Shown here in pieces: positions 19,037 through 29,406 of a stretch of DNA of 48,251 nucleotides; within the stretch, counting starts at the first letter, position 1; each line of letters opens with the position of its first letter. Source of the stretch: Actinomycetota bacterium. GTDB taxonomy: Bacteria > Actinomycetota > Actinomycetes > Actinomycetales > Microbacteriaceae. Where the stretch lies: contig JBEEON010000030.1 in the NCBI GenBank assembly GCA_041191625.1, positions 1 to 48,251 on the forward strand. The letters run 5' to 3'. A model generated the notes under the pieces. It searched no databases. It worked only from the letters and a program-made list of their open reading frames with translations, and had not been told where the DNA came from. The translations under genes were made by a program, and so were the position numbers.

Positions 19037-19868
19037 GACGATCCACACGGTGGCGGACATCCGCGCCGAACTTGACGCGCTGCCTTTGGGGCTTCGGGTT
19101 GCGCTCGTGCCCACCATGGGTGCGCTGCACGACGGCCACCTGGCTTTGGTCCGTGCGGCGCGCGAACACGCAGATATCGTTGTGGTGAGCATTTTTGTCA
19201 ACCCGACCCAGTTCGGCCCGACCGAAGACTTTGAAAGCTACCCTCGCACCCTCGACGCCGATGTGGCGATGTTGTCGGCCGCCGGCGTTGATGTGGTCTT
19301 TGCCCCCACAGCGTCCGAGGTGTACCCAGCTGACTCATCCGTCACACCGATTTCGGCAGGGCCGCTGGGTGACAACTGGGAGGGCGCCGACCGACCTGGC
19401 CACTTCGATGCGGTCGCCACCGTCGTAGGCCGCCTGTTCGACATTGTTCAGCCCGATGTCGCCGTGTTTGGCGAAAAAGACTGGCAGCAGTTGGCCGTAA
19501 TCCGACACACCACAGCGGTGCGGGCCACACCCGTGCGCATCGAGGCTGTGCCAACGGTGCGCGAAGCCGACGGGCTTGCCCGCTCCAGCCGAAACCGCAT
19601 GCTCACCGAAACCGAACGGGCCACCGCAACGGCAATCCCCAAAGCGTTTCGTGCGATCTCGCGCCGCGGCACATCCCCCGAGGTCGTCGCCGCCGCACGC
19701 GTGCACCTGGAACACTCCGGTGTGATCGTGAGGTATCTCGAGACAGTGGACCCCGAAACTCTCGTCGTCACCCACGAACCGGGGCCCGCGCGACTTGTGT
19801 TTGCGGGAACCGTCGGCTCGACCAGGCTTCTCGACAACTGGGCAGTGGACATCCCCGACGAACGGTAA
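19029..19868 (+). CDS. panC: Pantoate--beta-alanine ligase
   Basis: [48 protein letters not shown]. Confidence 0.96.
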   Translation: MTKTIHTVADIRAELDALPLGLRVALVPTMGALHDGHLALVRAAREHADIVVVSIFVNPTQFGPTEDFESYPRTLDADVAMLSAAGVDVVFAPTASEVYPADSSVTPISAGPLGDNWEGADRPGHFDAVATVVGRLFDIVQPDVAVFGEKDWQQLAVIRHTTAVRATPVRIEAVPTVREADGLARSSRNRMLTETERATATAIPKAFRAISRRGTSPEVVAAARVHLEHSGVIVRYLETVDPETLVVTHEPGPARLVFAGTVGSTRLLDNWAVDIPDER

Positions 19869-19893
19869 CCTTGAGGGGATAGGAAGGCACCGA

Positions 19894-21381
19894 ATGACCG
19901 ACGTTACTGAACCCACTGCGGAAGACATTGTCGAGCAGAAAGCGGTTCGACTGGCCAAGCGTGCACGACTCCTCGATGGTGGTGAGGCGTACCCGGTAGC
20001 GGTCCCCATCACTCACACGATTTCCCAGATTCGCGCCGACCACCAGGGCCTCGACGCCGATGTCACCACGGGTGTCACCGTCGGTGTTGCCGGCCGTGTC
20101 GTGCACCTGCGCAACACCGGAAAGCTGTGCTTTGCCGCAATCCAGAGCGGTGAGGGCGAACGACTGCAGGCCATGGTGTCATTGGGCGAGGTGGGCGAAG
20201 AATCGCTGGAACAGTGGAAGGACCTCGTCGACTTGGGCGACCACCTGTTCGTGAACGGTGAAGTCATCACGTCGAAGCGCGGCGAACTGTCGATCATGGT
20301 GTCGTCGTGGCAGATTGCCTCCAAGGCGCTGCTGCCGTTGCCTAACATGCACTCCGAGCTCAACGAGGAAACCCGTGTGCGCCAGCGCTACCTCGACCTC
20401 ATTGTGCGCGAACAGGCCCGACTGACCCCCCGTCTGCGTGCTGCAACGATGAAGTCGTTGCGTGCAACTTTTGATTCGCACGGGTACCTCGAGGTCGAAA
20501 CCCCGATGCTTCAGACCATGCACGGTGGTGCCGCCGCGCGCCCGTTCGTTACCCACTCGAACGCGTTCGACATGGAATTGTTCCTGCGCATCGCACCCGA
20601 ACTGTTCCTGAAGCGTGCCGTTGTTGGTGGCATTGACCGCGTGTTTGAAATCAACCGCAACTTCCGCAACGAGGGCGCCGACTCGACCCACAGCCCCGAA
20701 TTCGCGATGCTCGAATCGTATTGCGCGTACGGTGACTACAACCAGATTGCTGACCTGACCCAGGAACTCATCCAGAACGCGGCACTGGCCGTGTCCGGTT
20801 CGCACGTCGTCACATGGCACGACGGCACCGAATTCGACTTGGGTGGCGAGTGGGACCGCATCAGCATGTACCCCTCGCTCAGCGCTGCCTGCGGTGTTGA
20901 AATCACCCCACAGACTCCCGTCGCCGAACTGAAGCAGCTGGCCGACGCTAACGGTATCGAGGTCAAGCACCCCACACACGGCAAGTACGTCGAGGAACTG
21001 TGGGAGCACTTCGTCAAGGGTGACCTGGTCCGCCCCACCTTCGTCATGGACTTCCCCGTTGACACGTCACCGTTGGTGCGCGAACACCGCAGCATCCCCG
21101 GCGTCGTTGAAAAGTGGGACCTCTATGTCCGCGGGTTCGAACTGGCGACCGGATATTCCGAACTCGTTGACCCCGTGATCCAGCGCGAACGTTTTGTTGA
21201 ACAGGCCAGCCTCTCCGCCCGAGGTGACGACGAGGCCATGCCCTTGGACGAGGAATTCCTGCGTGCTCTGGAGCACGGCATGCCCCCCAGTGGGGGAATG
21301 GGCATGGGAATGGACCGCCTGCTGATGGCCATCACCGGTCTCGGCATCCGCGAAACCATCCTTTTCCCACTCGTCAAGTAA
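19894..21381 (+). CDS. lysS: Lysine--tRNA ligase (class II)
   Basis: [58 protein letters not shown] precedes ATG 19894. Confidence 0.98.
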   Translation: MTDVTEPTAEDIVEQKAVRLAKRARLLDGGEAYPVAVPITHTISQIRADHQGLDADVTTGVTVGVAGRVVHLRNTGKLCFAAIQSGEGERLQAMVSLGEVGEESLEQWKDLVDLGDHLFVNGEVITSKRGELSIMVSSWQIASKALLPLPNMHSELNEETRVRQRYLDLIVREQARLTPRLRAATMKSLRATFDSHGYLEVETPMLQTMHGGAAARPFVTHSNAFDMELFLRIAPELFLKRAVVGGIDRVFEINRNFRNEGADSTHSPEFAMLESYCAYGDYNQIADLTQELIQNAALAVSGSHVVTWHDGTEFDLGGEWDRISMYPSLSAACGVEITPQTPVAELKQLADANGIEVKHPTHGKYVEELWEHFVKGDLVRPTFVMDFPVDTSPLVREHRSIPGVVEKWDLYVRGFELATGYSELVDPVIQRERFVEQASLSARGDDEAMPLDEEFLRALEHGMPPSGGMGMGMDRLLMAITGLGIRETILFPLVK

Positions 21382-21405
21382 CCCCGACCCTCGTAGACTG
21401 ACACC

Positions 21406-21582
21406 ATGATTGAGGACTACTGGGCGAACGCACTGTTTTCGGTGACCCCCACGATTCTGATTGGCCTGATTTTCTGGTTCGCCATGCGCGCGATTCTGCG
21501 TGCCGACCGTACCGAACGCAACACTCTGGCCAAGTACGAGCAGGAAGAACGCGAGCGTCGCGGCATTACTCCGCACGAGTAA
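21406..21582 (+). CDS. Small single-pass membrane protein (58 aa, absent from ORF track)
   Basis: MIEDYWANALFSVTPTILIGLIFWFAMRAILRADRTERNTLAKYEQEERERRGITPHE*. TAGACT -10 lies 6 nt before the ATG; fills the lysS-clpC gap. Confidence 0.8.
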   Translation: MIEDYWANALFSVTPTILIGLIFWFAMRAILRADRTERNTLAKYEQEERERRGITPHE

Positions 21583-21620
21583 ACCGTCCGTTCGTCCCCC
21601 GCGCGGCCTCGACCTCGCAC

Positions 21621-21638
21621 CTATCGCCAATAGCGAAT
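21621..21638 (+). promoter_or_regulatory. ClgR-type operator upstream of clpC1
   Basis: CTATCGC-CAATA-GCGAAT matches the CGC-N5-GCG core bound by actinobacterial ClgR; candidate -10 TACCCT at 21666-21671. Confidence 0.65.
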
Positions 21639-21714
21639 ACCCTCCCTTTTGCGCGCCGCAAAAGTTACCCTCAAAAGGTGGCGCACGTCAGCGCCCAGAG
21701 GAGATGTCGTGGCA

Positions 21715-24207
21715 ATGTTTGAAAGATTCACCGATCGTGCACGTCGGGTTGTCGTGTTGGCTCAGGAAGAAGCCAAGCTGCTCAACCACAACTACATCGG
21801 CACCGAACACATCCTCCTCGGTCTGATCCGCGAGGGCGACGGCATTGCCGCCAAGGCCCTGGAATCGCTCGACATTTCGCTCGAAGGCGTGCGCGAACAG
21901 GTTCAGGAAATTATCGGTCAGGGACAGCAACAGCCCACCGGACACATTCCGTTCACTCCCCGCGCAAAGAAGGTGCTGGAACTCTCGCTGCGCGAAGCAC
22001 TGCAGCTGGGCCACAACTACATCGGCACCGAACACATCCTGCTGGGCCTGATTCGCGAAGGCGAGGGTGTTGCCGCGCAGGTCCTCGTCAAGCTCGGAGC
22101 CGAGCTGGGCAAGGTTCGTCAGGCTGTCATCCAGATGCTCTCGGGTTACCAAGGCAAGGAAACCGTCAACGTCGGCGGCGGCGAGCCCAGCAACGACAAG
22201 GGCTCGCAGGTGCTCGACCAGTTCGGCCGCAACCTCACCCAGTCGGCCCGTGATGGCAAGCTCGACCCTGTGATCGGTCGCGAAAAAGAGATGGAACGCG
22301 TCATGCAGATCCTCTCGCGCCGTACCAAAAACAACCCCGTGCTCGTCGGTGAACCGGGCGTCGGTAAGACCGCCGTCGTCGAGGGTCTGGCACAGGCCAT
22401 CGTTCGCGGCGAAGTTCCCGAGACACTCAAGGACAAGCAGCTCTATACGCTCGACCTGGGTTCGCTGATTGCCGGAAGCCGTTACCGCGGTGACTTCGAG
22501 GAACGACTCAAGAAGGTCATCAAGGAAATTCGCAACCGCGGCGACATTATCGTCTTCATCGACGAAATCCACGCCCTGGTGGGTGCTGGCTCGGCCGAGG
22601 GCGCGGTGGACGCGGCCTCGATCCTCAAGCCCATGCTCGCCCGCGGCGAACTGCAGACCATCGGCGCGACCACGCTCGACGAGTACCGCAAGTACTTCGA
22701 GAAGGACGCCGCGCTCGAGCGCCGCTTCCAGCCGGTGACGGTGAACCAGCCGTCGGTGGCTCACACCATCAACATCCTCAAGGGCTTGCGCGACCGCTAC
22801 GAGGCGTTCCACAAGGTGTCCATCACCGATGACGCCATCGTGGCCGCTGCGACCCTCGCCGACCGTTACGTGCAGGACCGTTTCCTGCCCGACAAGGCAA
22901 TCGACCTGATTGACGAGGCCGGCGCTCGCCTGCGCCTCTCGATCCTGTCGTCGCCCCCCGAGCTGCGTGAATTCGACGACAAGATTGCCGCCGTCCGCGC
23001 ACAGAAGGAAAAGTCCATCGAGGACCAAGACTTCGAGGGCGCTGCGTCATTCCGCGACCAGGAAAAGCAGCTGCTGGGCGAACGACTGCGCCTCGAAAAG
23101 GAATGGCGTTCCGGTGGCAAGGGCGAAACTGGCACCGTTGACGAGGGAATCATCGCCGAGGTTCTCGCTCAGGCCACGGGAATCCCCGTGTTCAAGCTGA
23201 CCGAACAGGAAAGCGCTCGACTGCTGATGATGGAAAAGACGCTGCACCAGCGCATCATCGGTCAGGAAGAAGCCATCTCGGTTCTGTCGCGCACCATTCG
23301 TCGTACCCGCGCCGGGCTCAAGGACCCCAAGCGACCTTCGGGTTCGTTCATCTTCGCCGGTCCGACCGGTGTCGGCAAGACCGAGTTGGCCAAGGCGCTC
23401 GCCGAGTTCCTGTTTGACGACGAAGACGCGCTGATCGCTCTCGACATGAGCGAGTACGGCGAAAAGCACACCGCCTCGCGTCTGTTTGGTGCCCCTCCCG
23501 GATTCGTCGGTTTCGACGAGGGTGGCCAGCTGACGGAACGCGTTCGCCGCAAGCCCTTCAGCGTCGTGCTGTTCGACGAAATCGAAAAGGCCCACCCCGA
23601 CATCTTCAACTCGCTGTTGCAGGTGCTGGAGGAAGGTCGACTGACCGACGGTCAGGGCCGCGTGGTCGACTTCAAGAACACCGTGATCATCATGACCACC
23701 AACCTGGGCACCAAGGACATCACGGGCGGCCCGGTCGGATTCACGATTCAGGGCAACCAGGAACAGACGTACAAGGCCATGCGCGCCAAGGTCGTCGAGG
23801 AACTGAAGAAGCACTTCCGTCCCGAGTTCCTCAACCGTGTCGACGAGACCATTGTGTTCCCGCAGCTGTCGCAGGACGAACTGTTCCAGATCGTCGACCT
23901 GTACGTGCGCCGCCTGCGCGAGCGCATGATGGATCGCGACATGACCCTCGATGTCACCGATGCGGCCAAGCGCTACATTCTCACCATCGGTTGGGACCCC
24001 ATGATGGGTGCTCGTCCGCTGCGTCGCGCCATGCAGTCCGAGATCGAGGACATGCTGTCCGAAAAGATCATGCACGGCGAACTGCACAGCGGTCAGCACG
24101 TTCTCGTCGACTTTGACGGCGAGGAATTCACGGCGACCCCGAAGGACACGATTCGCGCGGTCGCGGCCGAGGAGGACGAACCCACCGAATCCGGCACCGC
24201 CGACTAA
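21715..24207 (+). CDS. clpC: ATP-dependent Clp protease ATP-binding subunit ClpC1
   Basis: [21 protein letters not shown]-domain; two AAA+ modules ([16 protein letters not shown]); GARPLRR. Confidence 0.98.
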   Translation: MFERFTDRARRVVVLAQEEAKLLNHNYIGTEHILLGLIREGDGIAAKALESLDISLEGVREQVQEIIGQGQQQPTGHIPFTPRAKKVLELSLREALQLGHNYIGTEHILLGLIREGEGVAAQVLVKLGAELGKVRQAVIQMLSGYQGKETVNVGGGEPSNDKGSQVLDQFGRNLTQSARDGKLDPVIGREKEMERVMQILSRRTKNNPVLVGEPGVGKTAVVEGLAQAIVRGEVPETLKDKQLYTLDLGSLIAGSRYRGDFEERLKKVIKEIRNRGDIIVFIDEIHALVGAGSAEGAVDAASILKPMLARGELQTIGATTLDEYRKYFEKDAALERRFQPVTVNQPSVAHTINILKGLRDRYEAFHKVSITDDAIVAAATLADRYVQDRFLPDKAIDLIDEAGARLRLSILSSPPELREFDDKIAAVRAQKEKSIEDQDFEGAASFRDQEKQLLGERLRLEKEWRSGGKGETGTVDEGIIAEVLAQATGIPVFKLTEQESARLLMMEKTLHQRIIGQEEAISVLSRTIRRTRAGLKDPKRPSGSFIFAGPTGVGKTELAKALAEFLFDDEDALIALDMSEYGEKHTASRLFGAPPGFVGFDEGGQLTERVRRKPFSVVLFDEIEKAHPDIFNSLLQVLEEGRLTDGQGRVVDFKNTVIIMTTNLGTKDITGGPVGFTIQGNQEQTYKAMRAKVVEELKKHFRPEFLNRVDETIVFPQLSQDELFQIVDLYVRRLRERMMDRDMTLDVTDAAKRYILTIGWDPMMGARPLRRAMQSEIEDMLSEKIMHGELHSGQHVLVDFDGEEFTATPKDTIRAVAAEEDEPTESGTAD

Positions 24208-24222
24208 CGCAGAGCGTCACAG

Positions 24223-24254
24223 GAATGCCCCAGCCTTCGGGTTGGGGCATTCTT
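24223..24254 (+). terminator. clpC terminator
   Basis: GAATGCCCCAGCC-TTCG-GGTTGGGGCATTC hairpin followed by TT. Confidence 0.75.
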
Positions 24255-24268
24255 CATAGAATGGTTCC

Positions 24269-24868
24269 ATGACGATTACGGTGCGACGCGCACGAACCAG
24301 CGACGTTCGCTCGATTCAGAGCCTGATCTCGCCGCTCGTGAACAGTCGCGTACTGCTGGGCAAAGACCCCGTCGTGCTGTACGAATCGATCCAGCAGTTC
24401 CTCGTCGCCGAAACCGAGGGCGGCGACGTCGTGGGCTGTGGCGCCATCCACGTCATGTGGGAGGACCTCGGCGAGGTCCGCACCTTGGCCGTCTCGGATT
24501 CCGCCCGGGGTACCGGTGTGGGGCGGGTGCTGCTCGATGCTCTCGAGGCCGAGGCGCGCGCCTTGGGTCTGCACCGCCTTTTCTGCCTGACGTTCGAAAC
24601 GAAATTCTTTGGTGCCGCCGGTTACGTGCCGATTGGCGAGGCGGGTGACGGCTTATTGGACCCCGTGGGCCAGCCGCTCGTCGACCCCGAAGGCCGCCAA
24701 CTGGTGTCGCCCGACGTGTACAACGAACTCATGCGATCGCCTGACGAAGGTGTCGCCGAATTCCTCGACCTGGCGCGCGTCAAGCCGAACACGCTCGGCA
24801 ATACCCGCATGCTGAAGATTCTCTCCACACAGGCGAGTCACCGCGCCTCGGACAATTCCCGCGGGTAA
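24269..24868 (+). CDS. Amino-acid N-acetyltransferase (ArgA-like GNAT)
   Basis: GCGAIHVMWEDLGEVRTLAV, RGTGVG acetyl-CoA motif, LFCLTFE, DEGVAEFLDLARVKPNTLGN. Confidence 0.85.
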   Translation: MTITVRRARTSDVRSIQSLISPLVNSRVLLGKDPVVLYESIQQFLVAETEGGDVVGCGAIHVMWEDLGEVRTLAVSDSARGTGVGRVLLDALEAEARALGLHRLFCLTFETKFFGAAGYVPIGEAGDGLLDPVGQPLVDPEGRQLVSPDVYNELMRSPDEGVAEFLDLARVKPNTLGNTRMLKILSTQASHRASDNSRG

Positions 24869-24877
24869 TCTGCCGAT

Positions 24878-25459
24878 ATGTCGACGTTTTTGCACCCCGT
24901 AGGTCCCCTCCCCGCCCGCGTGTACTGGCTGCGCCGGTTGGCGGTCTTGGGGGTCATTGCCGCGGTGATCTTTACGGTGAATGCGTTCGTCAACCCACCG
25001 AAGTCTGCAACACCCACGGCGTCCCCCACCGAAACCGCAACCGACACACCGGTGGCCGAGGTCACCACGTGTGATCCCGCCGTAATTACGGTCGACGCGG
25101 TGACCGACCTCGAATCCTATGCCACCACGGAAAAGCCGCAGTTCTCGATGACGATTACGAACACGGGCGATGTGGCCTGCATCCTGTCGGTCGGCACCGA
25201 TGTCCAGCGTTACGTCGTTGTCAGCGGCTCGGAAACGATTTGGGATTCCACCGTGTGCCAAAAGAGCGAGGAAGCGCTGGAATTGGAATTCGCGGCCGGC
25301 GAGGCCAAGACCACGGCGACGCTGGAATGGTCGCGTAACCGTTCCGACGCGTGTGACACCGACGCAACCCCGGCTGTCGGTGGGGGAGCGAGCTATCACC
25401 TCTCGGTTTTCCTCGGCGACATCGAGTCGACGAAGTCCCAGCAATTCATGCTGTTCTAA
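24878..25459 (+). CDS. Membrane-anchored extracytoplasmic protein (Rv3587c-like)
   Basis: PVGPLPARVYWLRR followed by a TM helix, a Pro/Thr linker and a 4-Cys Ig-like domain (IWDSTVC); near radA as in other actinobacteria. Confidence 0.7.
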   Translation: MSTFLHPVGPLPARVYWLRRLAVLGVIAAVIFTVNAFVNPPKSATPTASPTETATDTPVAEVTTCDPAVITVDAVTDLESYATTEKPQFSMTITNTGDVACILSVGTDVQRYVVVSGSETIWDSTVCQKSEEALELEFAAGEAKTTATLEWSRNRSDACDTDATPAVGGGASYHLSVFLGDIESTKSQQFMLF

Positions 25460-25462
25460 TGT

Positions 25463-25482
25463 GTCAGCCATCTGACTTTTCT
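25463..25482 (+). terminator. Short putative terminator
   Basis: GTCAG-CCAT-CTGAC followed by TTTTCT, 3 nt after the stop. Confidence 0.45.
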
Positions 25483-25568
25483 CGTGCAGCCCGAGGCGCA
25501 CGCTTGATTCGAGGCGTGGAGGACTAATTCCCCTGTGCGCCACGAGGAGGCCACACTAGGGTGAAGTT

Positions 25569-27857
25569 ATGACTCCCCTTCGTTTTCGCGCCATCGTGGC
25601 TGCTGCACTGTCGTTTGTGTTGATCGGCGCAGGGGTGAGTGCTCCGGCGACAGCCGAGACGACGACTCAGGTGGCATCGCCGGCAGCGGCCTCAGCACCC
25701 ACGTTCTCGTCGATTATTGGCGGCACCACGGCAAATATCTCGGATGCACCGTGGCAGGTCGGACTGTTGCGCGGCCGGGGGTCGGCATTCGATTATCAAT
25801 TCTGTGGCGGGTCGATCATCAACGAAGAATGGGTTGTCACCGCAGCCCACTGCCTCGCGGACCATTCCGGGTACCTCGGTATTTTTGCGGGCGGCAGCAA
25901 CCTGGCCTCGGATGGCGCCGAGTATGCCGCCGATGCCTGGTACGTGCACCCCGCGTGGACCGCGACCAACAACGACATTGCGTTGGTGCACATGGCCAAC
26001 CCGTTGCCACTGAACGGCACGACCATTGCGCCCATCGCCTTGCCGTTCGATGTGGACCCCGCCACCTGGCCCTCCGCCGGCGCCGATGTGCTGGTGACGG
26101 GTTGGGGTGAAAATCAGGCGTTTGGTGCAGGCTCGTATCCCGAGCAGTTGCACAAGGCCACTCTGGAAGTCCAGAGCGGTCCCGGCCTGAACGACTGTGG
26201 GCTGTACACCGACGCCGAATGGGACTACCTCACCGAATTGTGTGTCGGCGCCCCCAACGCTGTTGCCGACACCTGCCAGGGCGACTCGGGTGGCCCCTAT
26301 GCGATCAACACGGTGGGCGGCTGGCGGTTGGCCGGCGTTACCTCGTGGGGCAATGGATGTGCCACGATCGGGTACCCCGGCATGGCCGCACGCGTCACCG
26401 CATTCCTCGACTGGATCACGCCGGGCAGGCCCACCAGCCTCACGGCCACGCTGCGCGAGGACGGCACCTCGGTGACTCTCTCGTGGGCAGCCGCTGGTGC
26501 TGCGTCGCGCGCCCTGCCCGTGCTGGGGGTCACGGATTATGTCGTGGAAATTTCGGATGACAACGGTGCGACGTGGTCGACCGCGTCAGGTGCGGTGCGT
26601 CGAGCATCGACGGGCCAAATTGTGGGTGGGCTGGTTCCCGGCAACTCGTATATGTTCCGTGTCGGGGCGGTCAACAACGTAACCGATGGTGATGCCCCCG
26701 GCAAGTGGGCAGAGTCCGGAACGGTGACCGCGACCTCATCACTGGAGGCGACGGCAACCGTGTCGAGCGCATCGGCTCAGATTCTGGGCGGAACCGTTGA
26801 CGGGCTCGACGGGGTGAACGATTCGATCACGCTGAATGCGGATTTCATCGACCCCAGCGCACAGGCCCCCCTTGCGGGTTCGGGTGTGATCGAATTGCGT
26901 AACTCGGCGGGAGCTGTGGCCTGGACGTCCCCCGCGAACTCGGGCCCTGAAACCTCGGCTACGGTCAACATCTCGACGGTGCTGGCCAACTGCCCCTCGT
27001 CGAACTGCGCGTTGACCGCAACGTACACATTTACCCCCGATGGCGGCGCACCGGTTGTGTCGCTGCCCTGGACCGTGTACCGTTCCGGCACCGCCGTCGT
27101 TGCCTCGCACATCCGCCAGAGCGACACCACCTTTTATCCCAGCACGGATGGGTACAAGGATTCACTGATCATCAACGTCGAGAGCATGACTAATTCGGGT
27201 GCCGAACTGGCAGCGACTGGTTCCTCGATCGTCGTCAAGAGCGCTACGGGCAAGATTGTGGCCACCAAGACCATTACGAACACGGGCCCGATTCGGTACG
27301 CGTGGAACGGCAAGGTCGCCGGCAAGGTCAAGCCCGGTCGATATTCGATTGTGTACACCGTCAAGACGGCGGCGACACCGACGGTCAAGGTCGTCAAGAC
27401 TTCGGTCGTCACGGTGAAATCAGCGAAATTGATTCGACGCACGGTGTCCATCACGAAGCGCGCCAGCGATGTGTTCACGGATTATGCCGACGGTGGTGCG
27501 GCCTGCATGTTTGAGGCTGGTGCGGTCGAGATGCTGCACGTGGGGTACCCGGGGATTTGCTATGGCAACGTCGCGTCGCCGAGCGTTGTTGCGCGAGCAG
27601 CCAAATACGCTCCCGTGTTTGTTACGGCCAAGTTGACGATCGCACGCAGCCCGTTTGTCCGAAGGGTGATGCTGTCGACTAATGGCTCGGCAATGAACTC
27701 GGCATCGCCCATCAGCTATCCCGGTCTACAGATATTTCCGCTTGGCGAAATGGTGGACCCGGTAGGCGGGTTGCAATTAGCGCTGGAAGGGACTTCCGTG
27801 GCCGCAATCCGCGTGAGTTCGGTGAAGTTGACTTATACGTACTGGGCCCTCGGGTAG
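25569..27857 (+). CDS. Secreted multidomain trypsin-like (S1A) serine protease with FN3-like and FlgD-Ig-like domains
   Basis: Signal peptide, IIGG mature N-terminus, CGGSII, TAAHC, NDIAL, DTCQGDSGGP, GVTSWGNGC. FN3-like LSW...Y...GLVPGNSYMFRVGAVN. FYPxxDG...WNGK...PGRY. Confidence 0.9.
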   Translation: MTPLRFRAIVAAALSFVLIGAGVSAPATAETTTQVASPAAASAPTFSSIIGGTTANISDAPWQVGLLRGRGSAFDYQFCGGSIINEEWVVTAAHCLADHSGYLGIFAGGSNLASDGAEYAADAWYVHPAWTATNNDIALVHMANPLPLNGTTIAPIALPFDVDPATWPSAGADVLVTGWGENQAFGAGSYPEQLHKATLEVQSGPGLNDCGLYTDAEWDYLTELCVGAPNAVADTCQGDSGGPYAINTVGGWRLAGVTSWGNGCATIGYPGMAARVTAFLDWITPGRPTSLTATLREDGTSVTLSWAAAGAASRALPVLGVTDYVVEISDDNGATWSTASGAVRRASTGQIVGGLVPGNSYMFRVGAVNNVTDGDAPGKWAESGTVTATSSLEATATVSSASAQILGGTVDGLDGVNDSITLNADFIDPSAQAPLAGSGVIELRNSAGAVAWTSPANSGPETSATVNISTVLANCPSSNCALTATYTFTPDGGAPVVSLPWTVYRSGTAVVASHIRQSDTTFYPSTDGYKDSLIINVESMTNSGAELAATGSSIVVKSATGKIVATKTITNTGPIRYAWNGKVAGKVKPGRYSIVYTVKTAATPTVKVVKTSVVTVKSAKLIRRTVSITKRASDVFTDYADGGAACMFEAGAVEMLHVGYPGICYGNVASPSVVARAAKYAPVFVTAKLTIARSPFVRRVMLSTNGSAMNSASPISYPGLQIFPLGEMVDPVGGLQLALEGTSVAAIRVSSVKLTYTYWALG

Positions 27858-27872
27858 CTGCAAACCGCAGAA

Positions 27873-29207
27873 TTACGCCGAGGCAGTTCCGCGGGCAAAC
27901 GCTCGGCGGATCGCTTCGGCGGTTTGCACGGCCTCGTTGTCGATGACGGTGACGAATCCGAATCGGCGTGCCTCGGCGACGCGATGCGCCGCGGCGGTGA
28001 CGGCACGAATCTCGCCCGACAGGCTGATCTCGCCCACGGCAACCAGCGTCGGGGGCAGGGCTGTGTCGCGGGCGGCGCTGGCGATGGCCAGGGCAATGGC
28101 CAGGTCCGCGCCAGGTTCCGTGATGGTGATTCCGCCGACGGTTGACACATAGACGTCGGCTGACTGCAGGGGGATTTTGGCCCGACGCTCCAAGACGGCG
28201 AGCAGCATGGCGACGCGGGATGAATCCACCCCGTTCGTCACTCGGCGGGGCTGCGGGGCCGAGGACGGCACGACGAGGGCTTGGATCTCGACGGGAATCG
28301 CCCGGCGGCCTTCGACAGCGATGGTGGTGCAGGTGCCGCTGACGGGCATCTGTGATGCCGAACGGAACAGTGCTGACGGGTCGGGGACTTCCGCGATTCC
28401 GCTGCCGACCATTTCGAAACAACCGACCTCGTCGGTGGGGCCGAAGCGGTTTTTGAAGGCGCGCACAAATCGCAGCGCGGTTTGCCGGTCGCCCTCGCAG
28501 TGCACGACCACGTCGACGAGGTGTTCCAGGGTGCGGGGGCCCGCGATGGTGCCGTCCTTGGTGACGTGCCCCACGAGCAGCAGGGGCAGCCCACGTTCCT
28601 TGGCGACGCGCACCAGCGTGGCGGCCACTTCACGAACCTGCGAGACGCCACCGGCCATGCCGTCGATGGTGTCCGAGGACACGGTTTGCACCGAGTCCAC
28701 CACGAGCAGGGCAGGGTTCAGGCTGTCGATATGCCCGAGGATGGTGCCCAGGTTGGTGTCGGCGGCAAGGTAGAGGCTGTCGACGAGGGCGCCGGTGCGT
28801 TCGGCGCGCAACCGCACCTGGCCGACGGATTCTTCGGCGCTGACATAGAGCACCGTGTTGCCGGCGCGTGCAACGCGACTGGCGACGTCGAGCAGCAGGG
28901 TGGATTTTCCGACGCCAGGTTCACCCGATACGAGGATTGCGGCGCCGGGCACGATTCCACCGCCGAGAACGCGGTCGAATTCGCCGATTCCGGTGGGTCG
29001 GTGTTCCGCCTGCAGGCCACCGGCTGCGGTGATCGACACGGCGGTGCGCGATTCGGGGACGCGGGCTGCGACGGTGCGTCCGCCAATGTTCTCGGCGGCG
29101 ACCTCGACGACGGTTGACCATTGTTGGCATTCGCCGCAGCGGCCCACCCACTTGGTGGTGGTCCAGCCGCATTCGGTGCAACGGTACGGGGTAGTCAGTC
29201 GAGCCAT
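27873..29207 (-). CDS. radA: DNA repair protein RadA/Sms
   Basis: CTECG...CGEC zinc finger, GEPGVGKSTLL, KNRFG, Lon-like C-terminus. Start is MARLTT at 29207; the longer ORF runs through tRNA-Ser. Confidence 0.97.
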   Translation of the reverse strand: MARLTTPYRCTECGWTTTKWVGRCGECQQWSTVVEVAAENIGGRTVAARVPESRTAVSITAAGGLQAEHRPTGIGEFDRVLGGGIVPGAAILVSGEPGVGKSTLLLDVASRVARAGNTVLYVSAEESVGQVRLRAERTGALVDSLYLAADTNLGTILGHIDSLNPALLVVDSVQTVSSDTIDGMAGGVSQVREVAATLVRVAKERGLPLLLVGHVTKDGTIAGPRTLEHLVDVVVHCEGDRQTALRFVRAFKNRFGPTDEVGCFEMVGSGIAEVPDPSALFRSASQMPVSGTCTTIAVEGRRAIPVEIQALVVPSSAPQPRRVTNGVDSSRVAMLLAVLERRAKIPLQSADVYVSTVGGITITEPGADLAIALAIASAARDTALPPTLVAVGEISLSGEIRAVTAAAHRVAEARRFGFVTVIDNEAVQTAEAIRRAFARGTASA

Positions 29208-29279
29208 GTGACCAGCGTAGGCGAGAGCGCCGACATCGTCGATTTTTGCTGCACAGCACTTTGGGGTACAGTGGACGAC

Positions 29280-29369
29280 GGTACCGTGTCCGAGCGGCCG
29301 AAGGAGCATGTCTCGAAAACATGTGAGGGTGCAAGTCCTCCGTGGGTTCAAATCCCACCGGTACCGCCA
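29280..29369 (+). tRNA. tRNA-Ser(CGA)
   Basis: GGTACCGTGTCCGAGCGGCCGAAGGAGCATGTCTCGAAAACATGTGAGGGTGCAAGTCCTCCGTGGGTTCAAATCCCACCGGTACCGCCA; long variable arm, anticodon CGA, encoded CCA. Confidence 0.96.
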
Positions 29370-29371
29370 GC

Positions 29372-29406
29372 AGTCCCCGAGCTTTCCAGCTCGGGGACTT
29401 CTTTTT
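29372..29406 (+). terminator. tRNA-Ser intrinsic terminator
   Basis: AGTCCCCGAGCT-TTCC-AGCTCGGGGACT followed by TCTTTTT. Confidence 0.88.

Noticed and set aside
21688-24099. Long minus-strand ORFs (446 and 350 aa) opposite clpC; similar ones at 4517-5707, 7209-8423, 11427-12557, 31545-32846, 34813-36258 and 45125-46378
   Set aside because: Typical stop-poor alternative frames of high-GC genes; no recognisable motifs and they overlap confident genes.
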